Positions 1-11,288 of a stretch of 64,000 nucleotides of DNA are shown one piece after another. This DNA comes from Gammaproteobacteria bacterium (GTDB taxonomy: Bacteria > Pseudomonadota > Gammaproteobacteria > SZUA-152). Under the pieces are notes generated by a model. The model worked only from the letters and a program-made list of their open reading frames with translations, was not told the origin of the DNA and searched no databases. The translations under genes and the position numbers were made by a program. Every line of letters begins with the position of its first letter. The stretch's first letter is position 1. The DNA lies in NCBI GenBank assembly GCA_021647705.1, contig JAKIUF010000005.1:43936-107935 (forward strand). Reading direction: 5' to 3'.

Positions 1-295
1 TCACACGGGTTTTCACTATCAAATCAACGGCTAAGCGCTCAGTTTCTTTATTGTTATTGACTATTCACGCCGCGCTGATTAATCAGCTTGTGATGCCTCT
101 CACAGGCATGACAGTTATGCGGATAAAACACAGCACCATAACAGGGTGCCCAGGGAGCTAGACCCGGGAAAATACTACCCGGTAACACTACAAAAAACGC
201 AAACCGACGGGCTCCCTCAGCCAATCAGTTTGCGGGTAACAGTTTACCGATTCACAAGCAATGCAGCCAGCGTATCGACAAAACCTTTTTATATT

Positions 296-3214
296 TTATG
301 GTGGTGGCGCATCAAAAGTATTATTGAAATATTGTGCGCCAATATCTAACCATTCGTACAACAAACGCAATTCAGCGGGTGTTAACAAACCCATGTGTTC
401 CACAGTGCCTACCCCTGTTGTCGTAAAGCGATTAAAAAATCTTGAGCTGGCAGCTGCGCCTCTTACCCGCATAGACGGAGCTTCTTCAGCAGGGATATTT
501 CGCGTGACCATAATAGGAATTGGCAGCATCGTAACCGGATCAATGACCTGTACGATTTCCCCAGTCACCGGGTCAACCATCGTTTCAAACAACAGCTCAT
601 TAGTTACCGGGTCGCGCGCTTGCACTTCTTCAGTAACGGGCATCAATGCACCTCCCACTAACTGCCATTGCACTCGATCTTGTACCAATAACTCCTGATA
701 GGATTTAAAACGCTCCGGATCATTATCATTACCCCGCAGCCCATCACTAAGATCCAATTGAGCCATGGGCACCATAGGTGCATTTGCATTGGCGACATCC
801 TGATTACTGTGACAAGAAGTACAGGTGCGATCCAGCATTCCTGTCGCAAAATCAGTACGTGGTAAACTCCACAACGGATGAATACTGTCTTCGTAATTAA
901 TGATGGTACGACAAGTGAAGTCCCATTTTGCTCCTGCTACCGCACCGGGAATACATTGTGCAGTTGCCGGTATGCCGGCTGCCATGGCAACATCAAGTTC
1001 GGAATAGCGCAAGCTAATATCATCAGGGATAGGGCTCGCTTTTGCCCACACATCAAAGAACACTGGATTGGGACTCGGACTGAGCTCAGGGCAACCTGTG
1101 TCTGTTTTAAGCAAAACACCATTTGCATTAGTGCAACTGACTCGGATACGCGCCTGCGCCATGGTTTCACCATCCTGCGGGAAAATGGTCTCATCAACCG
1201 TTAGCGTCATCGGGTCATCCGTCGAAGTACCCGGAAAAGTCCAATCCGGCACGGTCAGTTCCGCACCAATATTGAGCGCCGTTGGCGCATCGGTGTAACC
1301 ATGAGGCACCGGTAACGCGGGTGCTGTGACACTGTGAGTATGGCAACCATTACATTCCAGAGTTTCGCCCCCGCGTACCTGTATCCAGTTCAGGTGTCGC
1401 CCGCCAATGCGACGGCCATCTTTATCCACTACCTGAATTGACAAGGGCACATTGGCGGGCACTTTAGTCATCACCGAACCATCCGGCTCGATGGTGGCAT
1501 AACCAATAATCTCACGCATGCCGCCGCGCCGACCACCGGCACCAAAGGCCACGCCAGCATCAAACTCTGTAGCAGCATCCTGGCGGTCCGGTATCGCCGT
1601 TGCTTTGACGATACGCAAATAGCGTGCATTACGTTGATCCGCGCCCGTTCTGGTGGGATTAGCCATTTCGGCCAGTGTAATGACCGGGTTGCTCATATTA
1701 TCTAAGGTACCCAGCGCATTAAAATTACCATCAAAATCGTAAACACTACGAATATGCAAAATACCGACAAACTCTTCTTCCGCCAGCGCCTGATCCAGCT
1801 CCAGACCAACAACTTTATCAATCAACACCGCTGGACGCGGGCGTGGTGCCAACACGACAGGTTCATCAATGATGATATTTTCTTCAGGGATAAGCACTGG
1901 CAGCTGGGTATCCTGTGCAAAGTCGTATACATAAATACCGTATAACGGAAAAGCCTCTACAGCATCGGTAGGAATGACGCTCGGACAAGGCGTAGGAGCA
2001 GCATCGGGAATGCGCAAACCGTCTGAATCTGTAAGATGCAGACGGCATTGCGACCAGCTCACTAACGCGCGGTTGCTGCCATCCGCAAGCGGGTACACTG
2101 AACGATACCGGCCAGCCGGTGAAATGCTGTCATCGGTACGCACATCCTGATTAATCGCCAGCACTTGCCCCGGACCCGCCAACATACCCAGGTTGGGTAC
2201 CGTTGGTTGATTAATATCGGCGTAGTCCGCTACATTGATGGCCACTGGTGCGCCACCACCGCCCGAACCATTAAATGGTTTCAGCATGGTCAGCACACGT
2301 CCATCATTCAGTTCACGCGGATCCAGGAATTGTACTGTACTGCCATCGGTGCCCACGTCGGCATCATGTAAACCATAAAGCGCCTTCAGTTCGGTGCCAT
2401 CGGGATGTATCGTGTACAGCCTGATGGCACTGCGCGCCCTCGCACCATCCCAGCGTGAGAAAATAATCTCACCACTGCTTAATACACTGGCATCCAGGTC
2501 GTGGCTTTGGTTGAATGAAATCTGTTTGATGTCAGTGCCATCGGCATTCATCACATGCAATACCACGGCGGGTTCACGCAAATCTTCATCAAAAGGCGAA
2601 AACTGGCTTTTGCCCTCATTGAGCAAGGATTCTCGTGTCGTCACCGAGGCATTGGAGCTAAACACAATGCGCCCGTCAGGCAGGTAATGCGGGGCAACAT
2701 CATCACCCTTGGCGGCGGCAAAATCATCGGCGATAACCCGGGTCGGACAACCGCCTACTTCGGTGTCATATTCGTAGAGATTCCACTTGGGCACATCATT
2801 GCCATTGGTGAGGTCTTCCAGGCGCAAAGAAAAAATCAGTTTGGTGCCATCGTAAGAGGTTTCCAAGTCTCGTACATCACCCGTGCCAACACCATCATCA
2901 TCAATATCGGTAATACACAGGGTAATGTTTCGTTCCGCGGCGGATATCGAGGCACGCTCCCGTAGGTAAACATCCCCACCTTCATTAAAATCTGTGGCCT
3001 CACGCACGTCAGGATCCACGGGTATCGTTTCGTTGGTATCCTGATCTACTTCCGTAGGCACAGGGCGCTTGACATAGGCAATGGAAAAATCAGGTACGGT
3101 TTGATCCTGATTCTCTGCTCCACAACCCGCTAACAACAGTACAGCTACTGCAAAACACAGCATCCGCACACGTAATAGCTTCTTATATTTCAATGAATCA
3201 CTGCCAAAAAACAT
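296..3214 (-). CDS. Large lipoprotein (972 aa) with two CXXCH c-type heme-binding motifs and repeated beta-propeller-like (TolB/WD-like) segments
   Basis: Lipobox LLLAGC near the N-terminus. Motifs CNGCH and CTSCH in the C-terminal third. Repeated '...DGT.LIFS / DGRIVFSS' strand-like segments. Long uninterrupted ORF. Confidence 0.55.
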   Translation of the reverse strand: MFFGSDSLKYKKLLRVRMLCFAVAVLLLAGCGAENQDQTVPDFSIAYVKRPVPTEVDQDTNETIPVDPDVREATDFNEGGDVYLRERASISAAERNITLCITDIDDDGVGTGDVRDLETSYDGTKLIFSLRLEDLTNGNDVPKWNLYEYDTEVGGCPTRVIADDFAAAKGDDVAPHYLPDGRIVFSSNASVTTRESLLNEGKSQFSPFDEDLREPAVVLHVMNADGTDIKQISFNQSHDLDASVLSSGEIIFSRWDGARARSAIRLYTIHPDGTELKALYGLHDADVGTDGSTVQFLDPRELNDGRVLTMLKPFNGSGGGGAPVAINVADYADINQPTVPNLGMLAGPGQVLAINQDVRTDDSISPAGRYRSVYPLADGSNRALVSWSQCRLHLTDSDGLRIPDAAPTPCPSVIPTDAVEAFPLYGIYVYDFAQDTQLPVLIPEENIIIDEPVVLAPRPRPAVLIDKVVGLELDQALAEEEFVGILHIRSVYDFDGNFNALGTLDNMSNPVITLAEMANPTRTGADQRNARYLRIVKATAIPDRQDAATEFDAGVAFGAGGRRGGMREIIGYATIEPDGSVMTKVPANVPLSIQVVDKDGRRIGGRHLNWIQVRGGETLECNGCHTHSVTAPALPVPHGYTDAPTALNIGAELTVPDWTFPGTSTDDPMTLTVDETIFPQDGETMAQARIRVSCTNANGVLLKTDTGCPELSPSPNPVFFDVWAKASPIPDDISLRYSELDVAMAAGIPATAQCIPGAVAGAKWDFTCRTIINYEDSIHPLWSLPRTDFATGMLDRTCTSCHSNQDVANANAPMVPMAQLDLSDGLRGNDNDPERFKSYQELLVQDRVQWQLVGGALMPVTEEVQARDPVTNELLFETMVDPVTGEIVQVIDPVTMLPIPIMVTRNIPAEEAPSMRVRGAAASSRFFNRFTTTGVGTVEHMGLLTPAELRLLYEWLDIGAQYFNNTFDAPPP

Positions 3215-3499
3215 ACTGCCACCTTCGTTTGTAATCAGGTAAAATCGCCAGTGCGGGCTAACGCCAACTCAAGCTCCTCATTCATTAATACGACTATATC
3301 GACTTTTTTGCCGAGAGCTCAGTCACAAACTCGTTACCGCTCCTTTCGCAGTTATCGGGCACAATCCACGCGCACTTTATACAAAATTTTCTACGCCGTA
3401 CCTGTATACCTTTGCCACATGCCACGATAAACGTCGAAAAACTGACATTTGTTCCGCATACTGCCATAAATACTGGCCAATCTATCGCTGATTTACCGT

Positions 3500-3530
3500 G
3501 GTTTTAGCCGCTCACTGCACGTATAATCCG
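3500..3530 (+). promoter_or_regulatory. Putative sigma70 promoter of the gcv operon (perfect TATAAT at 3522-3527)
   Basis: TATAAT lies about 20 nt upstream of the first riboswitch aptamer. The -35 element is weak (GGTTTT/TTTAGC region). Confidence 0.35.
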
Positions 3531-3545
3531 CAGTTCAATGGAATA

Positions 3546-3736
3546 TCACTGCGGGAGAGTGTGGTTCTCTGATTATTATTTGTCAGGGTAAAAAACCACC
3601 GCCGAAGGCGCAACCGCCCGGAATCGCTCAGGCAACCGGACCGCAGACCGACAATCGTTGACTCTGGAGAGAGACTGAAGCTACAGGCGTCAGTCCGCCG
3701 AAGGGGCTAAAGCTCTCAGGCACCACGGACAGAGGG
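3546..3736 (+). promoter_or_regulatory. Tandem glycine riboswitch (two aptamers) in the gcvT leader
   Basis: Aptamer 1: GCGGGAGAG...CACCGCCGAAGGCGCAACC...CTCAGGCAACCGGACCGCAG. Aptamer 2: CTCTGGAGAGAG...GTCCGCCGAAGGGGCTAAAGCTCTCAGGCACCACGGACAGAGG. Both carry the conserved GGAGAG / CCGAAGG / CTCAGGCA glycine-aptamer blocks. They sit immediately 5' of gcvT. Confidence 0.8.
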
Positions 3737-3799
3737 GTGGCAAAACAGCACAATTGCTGTTTGAAAACCCGTGTCCATAAAAACCAGAGGTCTACACGT

Positions 3800-4939
3800 A
3801 TGTCATCATCACCGTCAGCAACACTTTCGCCAGCACGCACCCCACTGTACGCGCAACATCTTGTCGCCGGGGCAAAAATGGTGGATTTTGCTGGCTGGAA
3901 AATGCCCATCCACTACGGCTCACAACTCGAAGAACATCATCAGGTGCGTAATGACGCAGGCATGTTTGATGTCTCCCACATGGTGGTGCTGGATCTCACG
4001 GGTAGCGGCATCACTGATTTTTTGCGTTATCTGCTAGCTAATGACGTGGCACGGATCCAAACTCCTGGCAAAGCACTGTATTCCTGTCTGCTTAACGAGC
4101 GCGGTGGCGTTATTGATGATCTCATCATCTATTTTATGGCTGAGGACAGGTACCGCATGGTGGTTAACGCCGCCACCCGCGACAAAGACCTAGCCTGGGT
4201 TCGTCAGCAAGCTTTAAACGCGAATAATAATAAAAAATGCAACGTGGAAATCCACGAGCGCGACGACCTGGCAATGATCGCCGTACAAGGTCCCAATGCG
4301 CGCGATAAAGCCCACGCCGCACTGGGTACAGACATCGATGCCGCCCGCGAACTCAAGCCCTTTTTTGCCGCAGATTGCAATGACAGCAAGGGCAACCTGT
4401 TTGTTGCCCGCACCGGTTATACTGGCGAAGATGGCTACGAAATCATCCTGCCCGCCGAACAGGCAGGTGCAACCTGGGAGGCACTACTGGCCTCCGGAGT
4501 CAAACCCATCGGTCTCGGTGCGCGTGACACCTTGCGACTGGAAGCCGGTATGAATCTGTACGGCCAGGATATGGATGAAGACATCAGCCCGCTGGAAGCC
4601 GGGCTCAGCTGGACAGTGGCCTTCACGCCGGAAGAGCGTGACTTCATCGGTCGCGCCGCTCTAACCCAACAAAAAACCGATGGTCCGGCAAACAAACTCG
4701 TTGGCCTGATCCTCGAAGATCGCGGCGTATTACGCGCCCACCAAAAAGTCATCACCGAACACGGCGAGGGCGAAACCACCAGCGGTAGTTTTTCCCCCAC
4801 CTTGGGTAAATCCATTGCCCTGGCCCGCGTACCCACTGCCGCAACTGAGCACTGCCAAGTAGAAATACGTGGTAAACAATTGGCCGCACGCATCGTAAAA
4901 TACCCCTTTGCCCGAAAGGGTAAAAGTCTGTTTGATTAA
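3800..4939 (+). CDS. gcvT: Glycine cleavage system T protein (aminomethyltransferase)
   Basis: N-terminus [41 protein letters not shown]... is typical of GcvT. Followed by gcvH and gcvP. The ATG at 3800 was chosen inside the longer tool ORF (3737). Confidence 0.9.
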   Translation: MSSSPSATLSPARTPLYAQHLVAGAKMVDFAGWKMPIHYGSQLEEHHQVRNDAGMFDVSHMVVLDLTGSGITDFLRYLLANDVARIQTPGKALYSCLLNERGGVIDDLIIYFMAEDRYRMVVNAATRDKDLAWVRQQALNANNNKKCNVEIHERDDLAMIAVQGPNARDKAHAALGTDIDAARELKPFFAADCNDSKGNLFVARTGYTGEDGYEIILPAEQAGATWEALLASGVKPIGLGARDTLRLEAGMNLYGQDMDEDISPLEAGLSWTVAFTPEERDFIGRAALTQQKTDGPANKLVGLILEDRGVLRAHQKVITEHGEGETTSGSFSPTLGKSIALARVPTAATEHCQVEIRGKQLAARIVKYPFARKGKSLFD

Positions 4940-4986
4940 GCATCCATAACAAACAATTTAAAGAAACAATCAGTGAGGAGACAGCC

Positions 4987-5382
4987 ATGAGCAATGTGCC
5001 AAGCGAATTAAAATACACCAAAAGTCACGAGTGGATTCGTACCGAGGTCGACGGCAGCATTACCGTAGGCATTACCGATCATGCGCAGGAATTGCTGGGT
5101 GACATGGTCTTTATCGAATTGCCAGAAACCGAGGCCAATTACACCGCCGGTGATGAATGCGCTGTCGTAGAATCCGTAAAAGCGGCTTCTGATGTATACA
5201 GCCCAATCACCGGTGAAGTGATTGCCATCAATGAAGAATTGGCCGACGCCCCCGAAACTGTCAATGAGGATGCCTTTGATACCGGCTGGATGTTCAAAAT
5301 GCAGCCCGAAGACGCCGGTGAAATTGACGAGTTGATGAGCGCTGAAGCCTACGCCGAATTGATTGCCGAAGAAGAGCATTAA
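4987..5382 (+). CDS. gcvH: Glycine cleavage system H protein (lipoyl carrier)
   Basis: [18 protein letters not shown]...[17 protein letters not shown] contains the lipoyl-lysine motif region. 131 aa. Confidence 0.9.
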   Translation: MSNVPSELKYTKSHEWIRTEVDGSITVGITDHAQELLGDMVFIELPETEANYTAGDECAVVESVKAASDVYSPITGEVIAINEELADAPETVNEDAFDTGWMFKMQPEDAGEIDELMSAEAYAELIAEEEH

Positions 5383-5387
5383 GCCTA

Positions 5388-5421
5388 AACCCTGCAAGTG
5401 ATCGTACTTGCAGGGTCCAGG
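5388..5421 (+). terminator. Perfect 10-bp stem-loop (CCCTGCAAGT-GATCGT-ACTTGCAGGG) between gcvH and gcvPA; possible attenuator or processing hairpin
   Basis: Perfect inverted repeat read directly from the sequence. A T-rich tract follows after a few nt (TTTTGTTTTTATC). Confidence 0.3.
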
Positions 5422-5465
5422 TTAAATTTTGTTTTTATCAAAACCAACATTAAGTAGATATCGCA

Positions 5466-6824
5466 ATGCCTTTTATTCCCCATACTGAAAATGACACTCG
5501 CACCATGCTCGACACCATCGGTGCCGATTCCATCGAAGACCTGTTTGATGAAATACCCGCTGAATTGCGTGCCCAACCCTTGAGCGAAGTCCCCGCAGGC
5601 CGAAACGAAATGGCCGTCTCCCGACTGCTACAGGCACGCGCGGCACAAGACATACAGGCGTTGTCATTTTTGGGGGCGGGTGCTTACGAACATCATATCC
5701 CTGCGGCAGTGTGGGAACTGACCACCCGTGGCGAATTCTACACCGCTTACACTCCCTATCAGGCCGAAGCCAGTCAGGGAACTTTGCAGTTATTGTATGA
5801 ATTCCAGACCATGATGACCGAACTCACCGCCATGGATGTCTCCAACGCTTCCTTGTACGACGGTGCCTCAGCACTGGCTGAAGCAGTATTGATGGCAGTA
5901 CGTGCCAATCGAAAATCCAAAAGCAAGCGTATTTTGATACCCACCACGGTAAATCCTACTTATCGCAGCGTGGTCAACACTATCGTGCGTCATCAGGGCA
6001 TCCAACTGGAATTAGTAAATTATGATACACAGAGCGGATACATCGACCCAGCCAGCCTGCCAACCGATCCCGGTGACATCACTGCACTGGTGATCCCACA
6101 ACCCAACTTCTTTGGCGCACTGGAAGATGTCGATGCTCTCACCGACTGGGCACAAGCCCACGGCGCACTGGTGATCGGCGTGGTCAACCCCACCGCCATG
6201 GCATTGATTACACCGCCCGGCGAATGGGGTAACGGTACAGGTGCCGATATTGTTTGTGGTGAAGGCCAACCGCTAGGCGCACCGTTGTCTTCCGGCGGCC
6301 CCTATTTTGGTTTTATGTGCTGTGCGCAAAAACATGTGCGGCAAATGCCTGGGCGTATCATTGGTCGCACCGACGATATCGAGGGAAAAACCGGTTATGT
6401 ACTGACACTGCAAGCCCGCGAGCAGCATATCCGCCGCTCCAAGGCCACTTCCAACATTTGCACCAACCAGGGACTACTGACCACAGCAGCCACTATCTAT
6501 TTGTCCTTAATGGGCCCGGAAGGATTACGCCAAACTGCCGAGCACAGCCACGCCAATACACACAAACTGGCAGAAAAACTGTGCGCGATTAAAGGTGTCG
6601 AAAAAATATTTAACCGCCCCTGTTTTCACGAAACTGTATTGCGTCTGCCTAAACCAGCCAATGAGATATTGAGCGCGCTGGATACACAGGGAGTGCTGGG
6701 TGGTTTTGATCTGTCTCAGACTTATCCTGAGCTGGGTAATGCCATCTTGGTCTGCGCGACAGAAACCAAAACCGACAATGATCTTGAGCAATACGCCACG
6801 GCACTGCGCAATGTTCTTGCATAA
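5466..6824 (+). CDS. gcvPA: Glycine dehydrogenase (decarboxylating) subunit 1
   Basis: [35 protein letters not shown]... is typical of GcvPA. 452 aa. Confidence 0.9.
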   Translation: MPFIPHTENDTRTMLDTIGADSIEDLFDEIPAELRAQPLSEVPAGRNEMAVSRLLQARAAQDIQALSFLGAGAYEHHIPAAVWELTTRGEFYTAYTPYQAEASQGTLQLLYEFQTMMTELTAMDVSNASLYDGASALAEAVLMAVRANRKSKSKRILIPTTVNPTYRSVVNTIVRHQGIQLELVNYDTQSGYIDPASLPTDPGDITALVIPQPNFFGALEDVDALTDWAQAHGALVIGVVNPTAMALITPPGEWGNGTGADIVCGEGQPLGAPLSSGGPYFGFMCCAQKHVRQMPGRIIGRTDDIEGKTGYVLTLQAREQHIRRSKATSNICTNQGLLTTAATIYLSLMGPEGLRQTAEHSHANTHKLAEKLCAIKGVEKIFNRPCFHETVLRLPKPANEILSALDTQGVLGGFDLSQTYPELGNAILVCATETKTDNDLEQYATALRNVLA

Positions 6825-6867
6825 CTTTCTCACAACCAACAGCGCAAATTAAACACGCCCTCAGCAT

Positions 6868-8760
6868 ATGCCATCCTACGAAAAAACCCACATTATTCAC
6901 CCGGCAGAAAAAGCACCAAGCCGCAGCGAATTATTGCGTTGGGCTGGCTGGTTTTTTCTTGCCAACAGTTTTATTGCACTGTTGATTGCACTGCGATACC
7001 TGACGGCGGTGCAATTTCCTGACGGTGATTACACCGTAACGTTCAGCATACTGGCCTTCATTGGTCACTTTGCCTCGATGGGATTCATCGGGGCAATATT
7101 GTTATTTCTGCCCATTCTGCTTTTCCCGCGCCGATCATTTATTTTTGGCTTAGGCATCGTTATCGCACTCATTTTTATCCTGGGAATCACCCTGGACACG
7201 TTCATTTTCAGTCAATACCGTTTTCACTTCAACGGCATGGTAATGAACCTGTTGCTCGGCGGTGCTGCTGAAGAAATTTTCACCTTCTCCGCTTTTTTAT
7301 GGACGCTGCTGGGTCTGTTTGTGTTAGCCCTGATTGGCTTTCAATTCTGGTTAAGCCGACGCATATGGTCTTTTGTGCTGGCCACACCTCATCGCCCCTT
7401 CGGTTACATTGTTGGTTTTTTACTATTCACAATATTTTTTGCGCAAAACGTTTTATATGCCTGGGCCGATGCTAATACCTATACGCCCATCACCAAACAA
7501 ATCCGTTTTTTACCGGCTTATAAACCTCTCACTGCTGATCGATGGTTTATTGCTCGCGGTTGGGCAGACCCCAAAAACGGTGCCAAACTGGCACATATCG
7601 ATACTAGCAGCTCACTTGACTACCCAACGCAGCCGCTAACCTGCACAGCGAAAAACACGCCATTTAACATCGTTTATATTGTGGTGGACTCCTGGCGTTT
7701 TGATACTCTCACAGCTCGAGCGACGCCCAATATTTACCGTTTTGCAAAAGATGCCCTAGTGTTTAACAACCACTACAGCGGAGCCAATTCCACTCGCACC
7801 GGAATCTTCACGCTGTTTTATGGCCTACCCGGCACCTATTGGCATGCCATGCTGGCAGAACAACGTGGCGCAGAATTTATCAATCAACTCATTGTTCAAG
7901 ATTACCAGCTGGGTATTTTTGCCAGTGCCAAGCTCTATAGTCCGGAATTTGATCGCACCGTATTTGCCAACGTTAAAAATCTGCGCCTGCAATCCAAGGG
8001 GAATTCACCTCGCCAACGCGACCAAAATATCCGCGATGAGTTTCTTGTCTTTCTTGATAAACAGATGGAAGAAAAAAACAGGCGATCTCCCTTCTTTGGT
8101 TTTCTGTTTTTTGACTCCCCGCACGGCTACGATTTCCCCAGCGACTATCCTTTGACCTTTGAGCCCAGTCTGAAAACTGTCAACTACATCGCGCTTAACA
8201 ACGACTATGATCGCACGCCATTTTTTAACCGCTACAAAAACTCCGTGCATTTTGTCGATAGTCTTATCGCACCGATTCTCGACAAATTAAAGACTGACAA
8301 GCTATTGGACAATACAATAGTCGTCATCACCGGCGACCATGGCCAGGAATTCAATGACAACAAGCTGAATTACTGGGGACACAACAGTAATTTTTCACCT
8401 TGGCAAACACAGGTACCAATGGTCATTCACTGGCCCGGAAAAGACGCACAGCATATCAACAAACAAACCAGCCATTTTGATATTTCACCGACACTGATGA
8501 AGGATGTACTGGGTTGCAGCAATGACCTGCACGACTACAGCAGTGGCAACCACTTACTCACTGAAGAGCCCGGGCCTTACCTTTTACTTAGCAACTATAA
8601 CCAGTTTGCGGTCATGGAAAAGGACCGCCTCACCGTGGTAGATGAATTTGGTAATGTCGATATTCTGGACAAACATTACCGCAACATTCCCGATGCCAAA
8701 TTATCCAATACACTCATGCTCTCGGTGATGGATGAAATGAGCCGCTTTTATAAAAAATAA
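6868..8760 (+). CDS. YejM/PbgA-like inner-membrane protein (N-terminal 5-TM domain plus periplasmic sulfatase/alkaline-phosphatase-superfamily domain)
   Basis: Hydrophobic N-terminal third with multiple TM segments. Sulfatase-fold signatures follow ([18 protein letters not shown]). Lower GC than the flanking gcvP genes. Confidence 0.6.
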   Translation: MPSYEKTHIIHPAEKAPSRSELLRWAGWFFLANSFIALLIALRYLTAVQFPDGDYTVTFSILAFIGHFASMGFIGAILLFLPILLFPRRSFIFGLGIVIALIFILGITLDTFIFSQYRFHFNGMVMNLLLGGAAEEIFTFSAFLWTLLGLFVLALIGFQFWLSRRIWSFVLATPHRPFGYIVGFLLFTIFFAQNVLYAWADANTYTPITKQIRFLPAYKPLTADRWFIARGWADPKNGAKLAHIDTSSSLDYPTQPLTCTAKNTPFNIVYIVVDSWRFDTLTARATPNIYRFAKDALVFNNHYSGANSTRTGIFTLFYGLPGTYWHAMLAEQRGAEFINQLIVQDYQLGIFASAKLYSPEFDRTVFANVKNLRLQSKGNSPRQRDQNIRDEFLVFLDKQMEEKNRRSPFFGFLFFDSPHGYDFPSDYPLTFEPSLKTVNYIALNNDYDRTPFFNRYKNSVHFVDSLIAPILDKLKTDKLLDNTIVVITGDHGQEFNDNKLNYWGHNSNFSPWQTQVPMVIHWPGKDAQHINKQTSHFDISPTLMKDVLGCSNDLHDYSSGNHLLTEEPGPYLLLSNYNQFAVMEKDRLTVVDEFGNVDILDKHYRNIPDAKLSNTLMLSVMDEMSRFYKK

Positions 8761-8810
8761 ACGTAAGCTGTTTTTATAAAAATACACTTGATACACAACA
8801 GGCAAAACAC

Positions 8811-10277
8811 ATGCACGATACACACACACCCTTGATTTTTGAACATTCCCGACCAGGCCGGATAAACAATACACATACCCAACGCAGCACCGCTCAAACG
8901 AGCATCATTCCTGACGCCATGCTGCGTAAAACACCGCCACGCCTACCGGAAGTGTCAGAAATGGATGCCGTACGTCACTATACCCGCCTGTCGCAAAAAA
9001 ACTTTTCCATCGACACCCATTTCTACCCGCTGGGTTCCTGCACGATGAAACACAACCCGCGCGCCTGTAATACGCTAGCCATGCTACCCGGCTTTCTCAG
9101 TCGCCACCCACTGTCTCCAGAGCAGCATGGCCAAGGCTATTTGAGCTGCATGTGGGATTTGCAGGAAATTCTCAAAGACGTGACCGGCATGACGGCCGTT
9201 TCCCTCACCCCCATGGCCGGGGCCCAAGGTGAGTTTGCTGGTGTCGCCATGATACGTGCCTATCACGATGCCAATAATGACACCACACGCAGTGAAATTC
9301 TGGTACCCGATGCAGCCCACGGCACTAATCCTGCCACGGCCACTATGTGTGGTTATGCCACTAAAGAAATCCCCACCGACGCCAATGGTGACGTGGATGT
9401 CGATGCACTTAAAGCCGTCGTAGGCCCGCAAACGGCAGGCATCATGCTCACCAACCCCTCTACGCTAGGTGTGTTTGATCGACGCATTAAAGAAATTGCC
9501 GGGATCGTACACAAAGCAGGAGGATTGCTCTATTACGACGGAGCCAATCTCAATGCCATACTCGGCAAGGTCAAACCCGGCGATATGGGTTTTGATGTGA
9601 TTCACATGAACTTGCACAAAACATTTTCTACCCCGCATGGCGGTGGTGGACCGGGAGCCGGGCCCGTGGGTGTCAGCGAACGCCTCAAACCCTTTATGCC
9701 AATTCCCGTTGTGGGAAAAAATGACAATGGTTATTACTGGCTGACAGAAAAAGATCTTCCACAAAGCATTGGCCGTCTTTCCGCCTTCATGGGCAATGCC
9801 GGAGTATTGTTACGCGCCTATATTTATGCCTTGCTGCTAGGGCGTGAAGGCATGACACGGGTTGCGGATTACGCCACACTCAATGCCAATTACCTAATGG
9901 CAAAACTCAGTCAGGCCGGTTTTGACATGGCTCTGCCTGAGCGACGTGCCACTCACGAATTTATTCTAACCCTGAAACGGCAGGCTAAAGAGCAAGGCGT
10001 TACCGCCATGGACTTTGCCAAACGATTGCTGGATTATGGCTTCCATGCACCCACCACTTATTTTCCATTGATCGTGCCGGAGTGTCTGCTCATTGAGCCA
10101 ACAGAATCGGAATCCAAAGAAACACTGGATGCCTTTGTGGAGGCCATGGCAGCAATACAAAAAGAAGCAGAATCTGATGCGCAAACGTTAAAAGGTGCCC
10201 CATATACCATGCCCATGCGCCGTTTGGATGATGTTAAAGCGGCACGCGAACTTGATTTGCGCTACAAACAGTCATGA
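8811..10277 (+). CDS. gcvPB: Glycine dehydrogenase (decarboxylating) subunit 2
   Basis: [18 protein letters not shown]-dependent motifs, 488 aa. Confidence 0.9.
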   Translation: MHDTHTPLIFEHSRPGRINNTHTQRSTAQTSIIPDAMLRKTPPRLPEVSEMDAVRHYTRLSQKNFSIDTHFYPLGSCTMKHNPRACNTLAMLPGFLSRHPLSPEQHGQGYLSCMWDLQEILKDVTGMTAVSLTPMAGAQGEFAGVAMIRAYHDANNDTTRSEILVPDAAHGTNPATATMCGYATKEIPTDANGDVDVDALKAVVGPQTAGIMLTNPSTLGVFDRRIKEIAGIVHKAGGLLYYDGANLNAILGKVKPGDMGFDVIHMNLHKTFSTPHGGGGPGAGPVGVSERLKPFMPIPVVGKNDNGYYWLTEKDLPQSIGRLSAFMGNAGVLLRAYIYALLLGREGMTRVADYATLNANYLMAKLSQAGFDMALPERRATHEFILTLKRQAKEQGVTAMDFAKRLLDYGFHAPTTYFPLIVPECLLIEPTESESKETLDAFVEAMAAIQKEAESDAQTLKGAPYTMPMRRLDDVKAARELDLRYKQS

Positions 10278-10636
10278 GCAAACCCGGTAATACAGGACTG
10301 AAGCGCGTCATCAAGGCCGCGGGCTATTCCTGGGCCGGTCTCAAAGCCGCCTTCAAACACGAAGCCGCCTTTCGACAGGAACTGGCACTATGCCTTGTGC
10401 TGATTCCAACTGGATTGTGGCTGGGAGAAAGCGGTATTGAGCGCGCCCTGCTCGTCGGCAGCCTGCTGCTAGTGTTAATCATCGAATTGTTAAACTCAGC
10501 CATCGAGGCTGTGGTGGATCGTTTTGGTGGAGAACAACATGAATTGTCAGGGCGCGCCAAAGATATTGGCTCGGCTGCTGTGTTTATTGCCTTGTTAAAT
10601 ACCGTGGTGGTTTGGGTTTTGTTATTGATCCCATAG
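10274..10636 (+). CDS. dgkA: Diacylglycerol kinase
   Basis: [36 protein letters not shown]... is the classical DgkA N-terminus with 3 TM helices. Its start overlaps the gcvPB stop (ATGA). Confidence 0.85.
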   Translation: MSKPGNTGLKRVIKAAGYSWAGLKAAFKHEAAFRQELALCLVLIPTGLWLGESGIERALLVGSLLLVLIIELLNSAIEAVVDRFGGEQHELSGRAKDIGSAAVFIALLNTVVVWVLLLIP

Positions 10637-10720
10637 GATATTACGTTTTCGGATTATCAATATAGCTCTTTCTCCTTTCAAATAACCCGCGACATTTGAA
10701 ACCGCATATTTTGGCGGAAT

Positions 10721-10905
10721 CCTGATGCATATACCCGTAGCGATTGAGATTTAGGTCGTGTGCACGCCCTATTTGCTCCATGGCTGCGTTGTTGTCCTTG
10801 CAATAGAGTGACTATTACGCGTCATTTCGCCTTGCCATGAAACAAATATGACGCACACTTAAACCTAACTCCCAAACGCTACGGGTATATATGAATATGA
10901 TCAGG
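10721..10905. repeat. 185-bp MITE-like element with ~36-40 bp imperfect terminal inverted repeats
   Basis: Left end CCTGATGCATATACCCGTAGCGATTGAGATTTAGGT. Right end (reverse complement) CCTGATCATATTCATATATACCCGTAGCGTTTGGGAGTTAGGT. No ORF inside. Confidence 0.4.
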
Positions 10906-11288
10906 CATCAAGCAGTCTTCTTTAATAAGCACATCTTTTTCACCTGACTAATTTATGTAGCATCTCACCCGTGTTTTTCAATTGATTGATGGGGCTCCCT
11001 ATTTATTAAAAGTCCGAAATATCGTTTAAAAAAACCAAATCTTATAACCATAACGCTTACGGTAAATCCAGAATCGCACTAATCATTCTCTATACCACTG
11101 ATCAACCATGAAGTTTTTCAAATAAATACAAGATGGCCTGATTCTTGTATATCTGTTTATTATTATCTGTAAAAAAACATTACCCAATGAAACTTATAAG
11201 CCTTTATTTCGTATCACTTACAGCATTTCTTATTGCGGTTATTTTTCTGAAAATGATCATGTCAGCTATAACTATTAATTAGATACAA

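Noticed and set aside
146-698. Small plus-strand ORFs at the window start
   Set aside because: Antisense to, or overlapping, the 3' end of the 972-aa lipoprotein gene. No motifs.
3628-4037. ORFs overlapping the riboswitch and gcvT 5' region (3628-3909 minus strand, 3771-4037 plus strand)
   Set aside because: They overlap a structured riboswitch or sit out of frame with the bona fide gcvT. No support.
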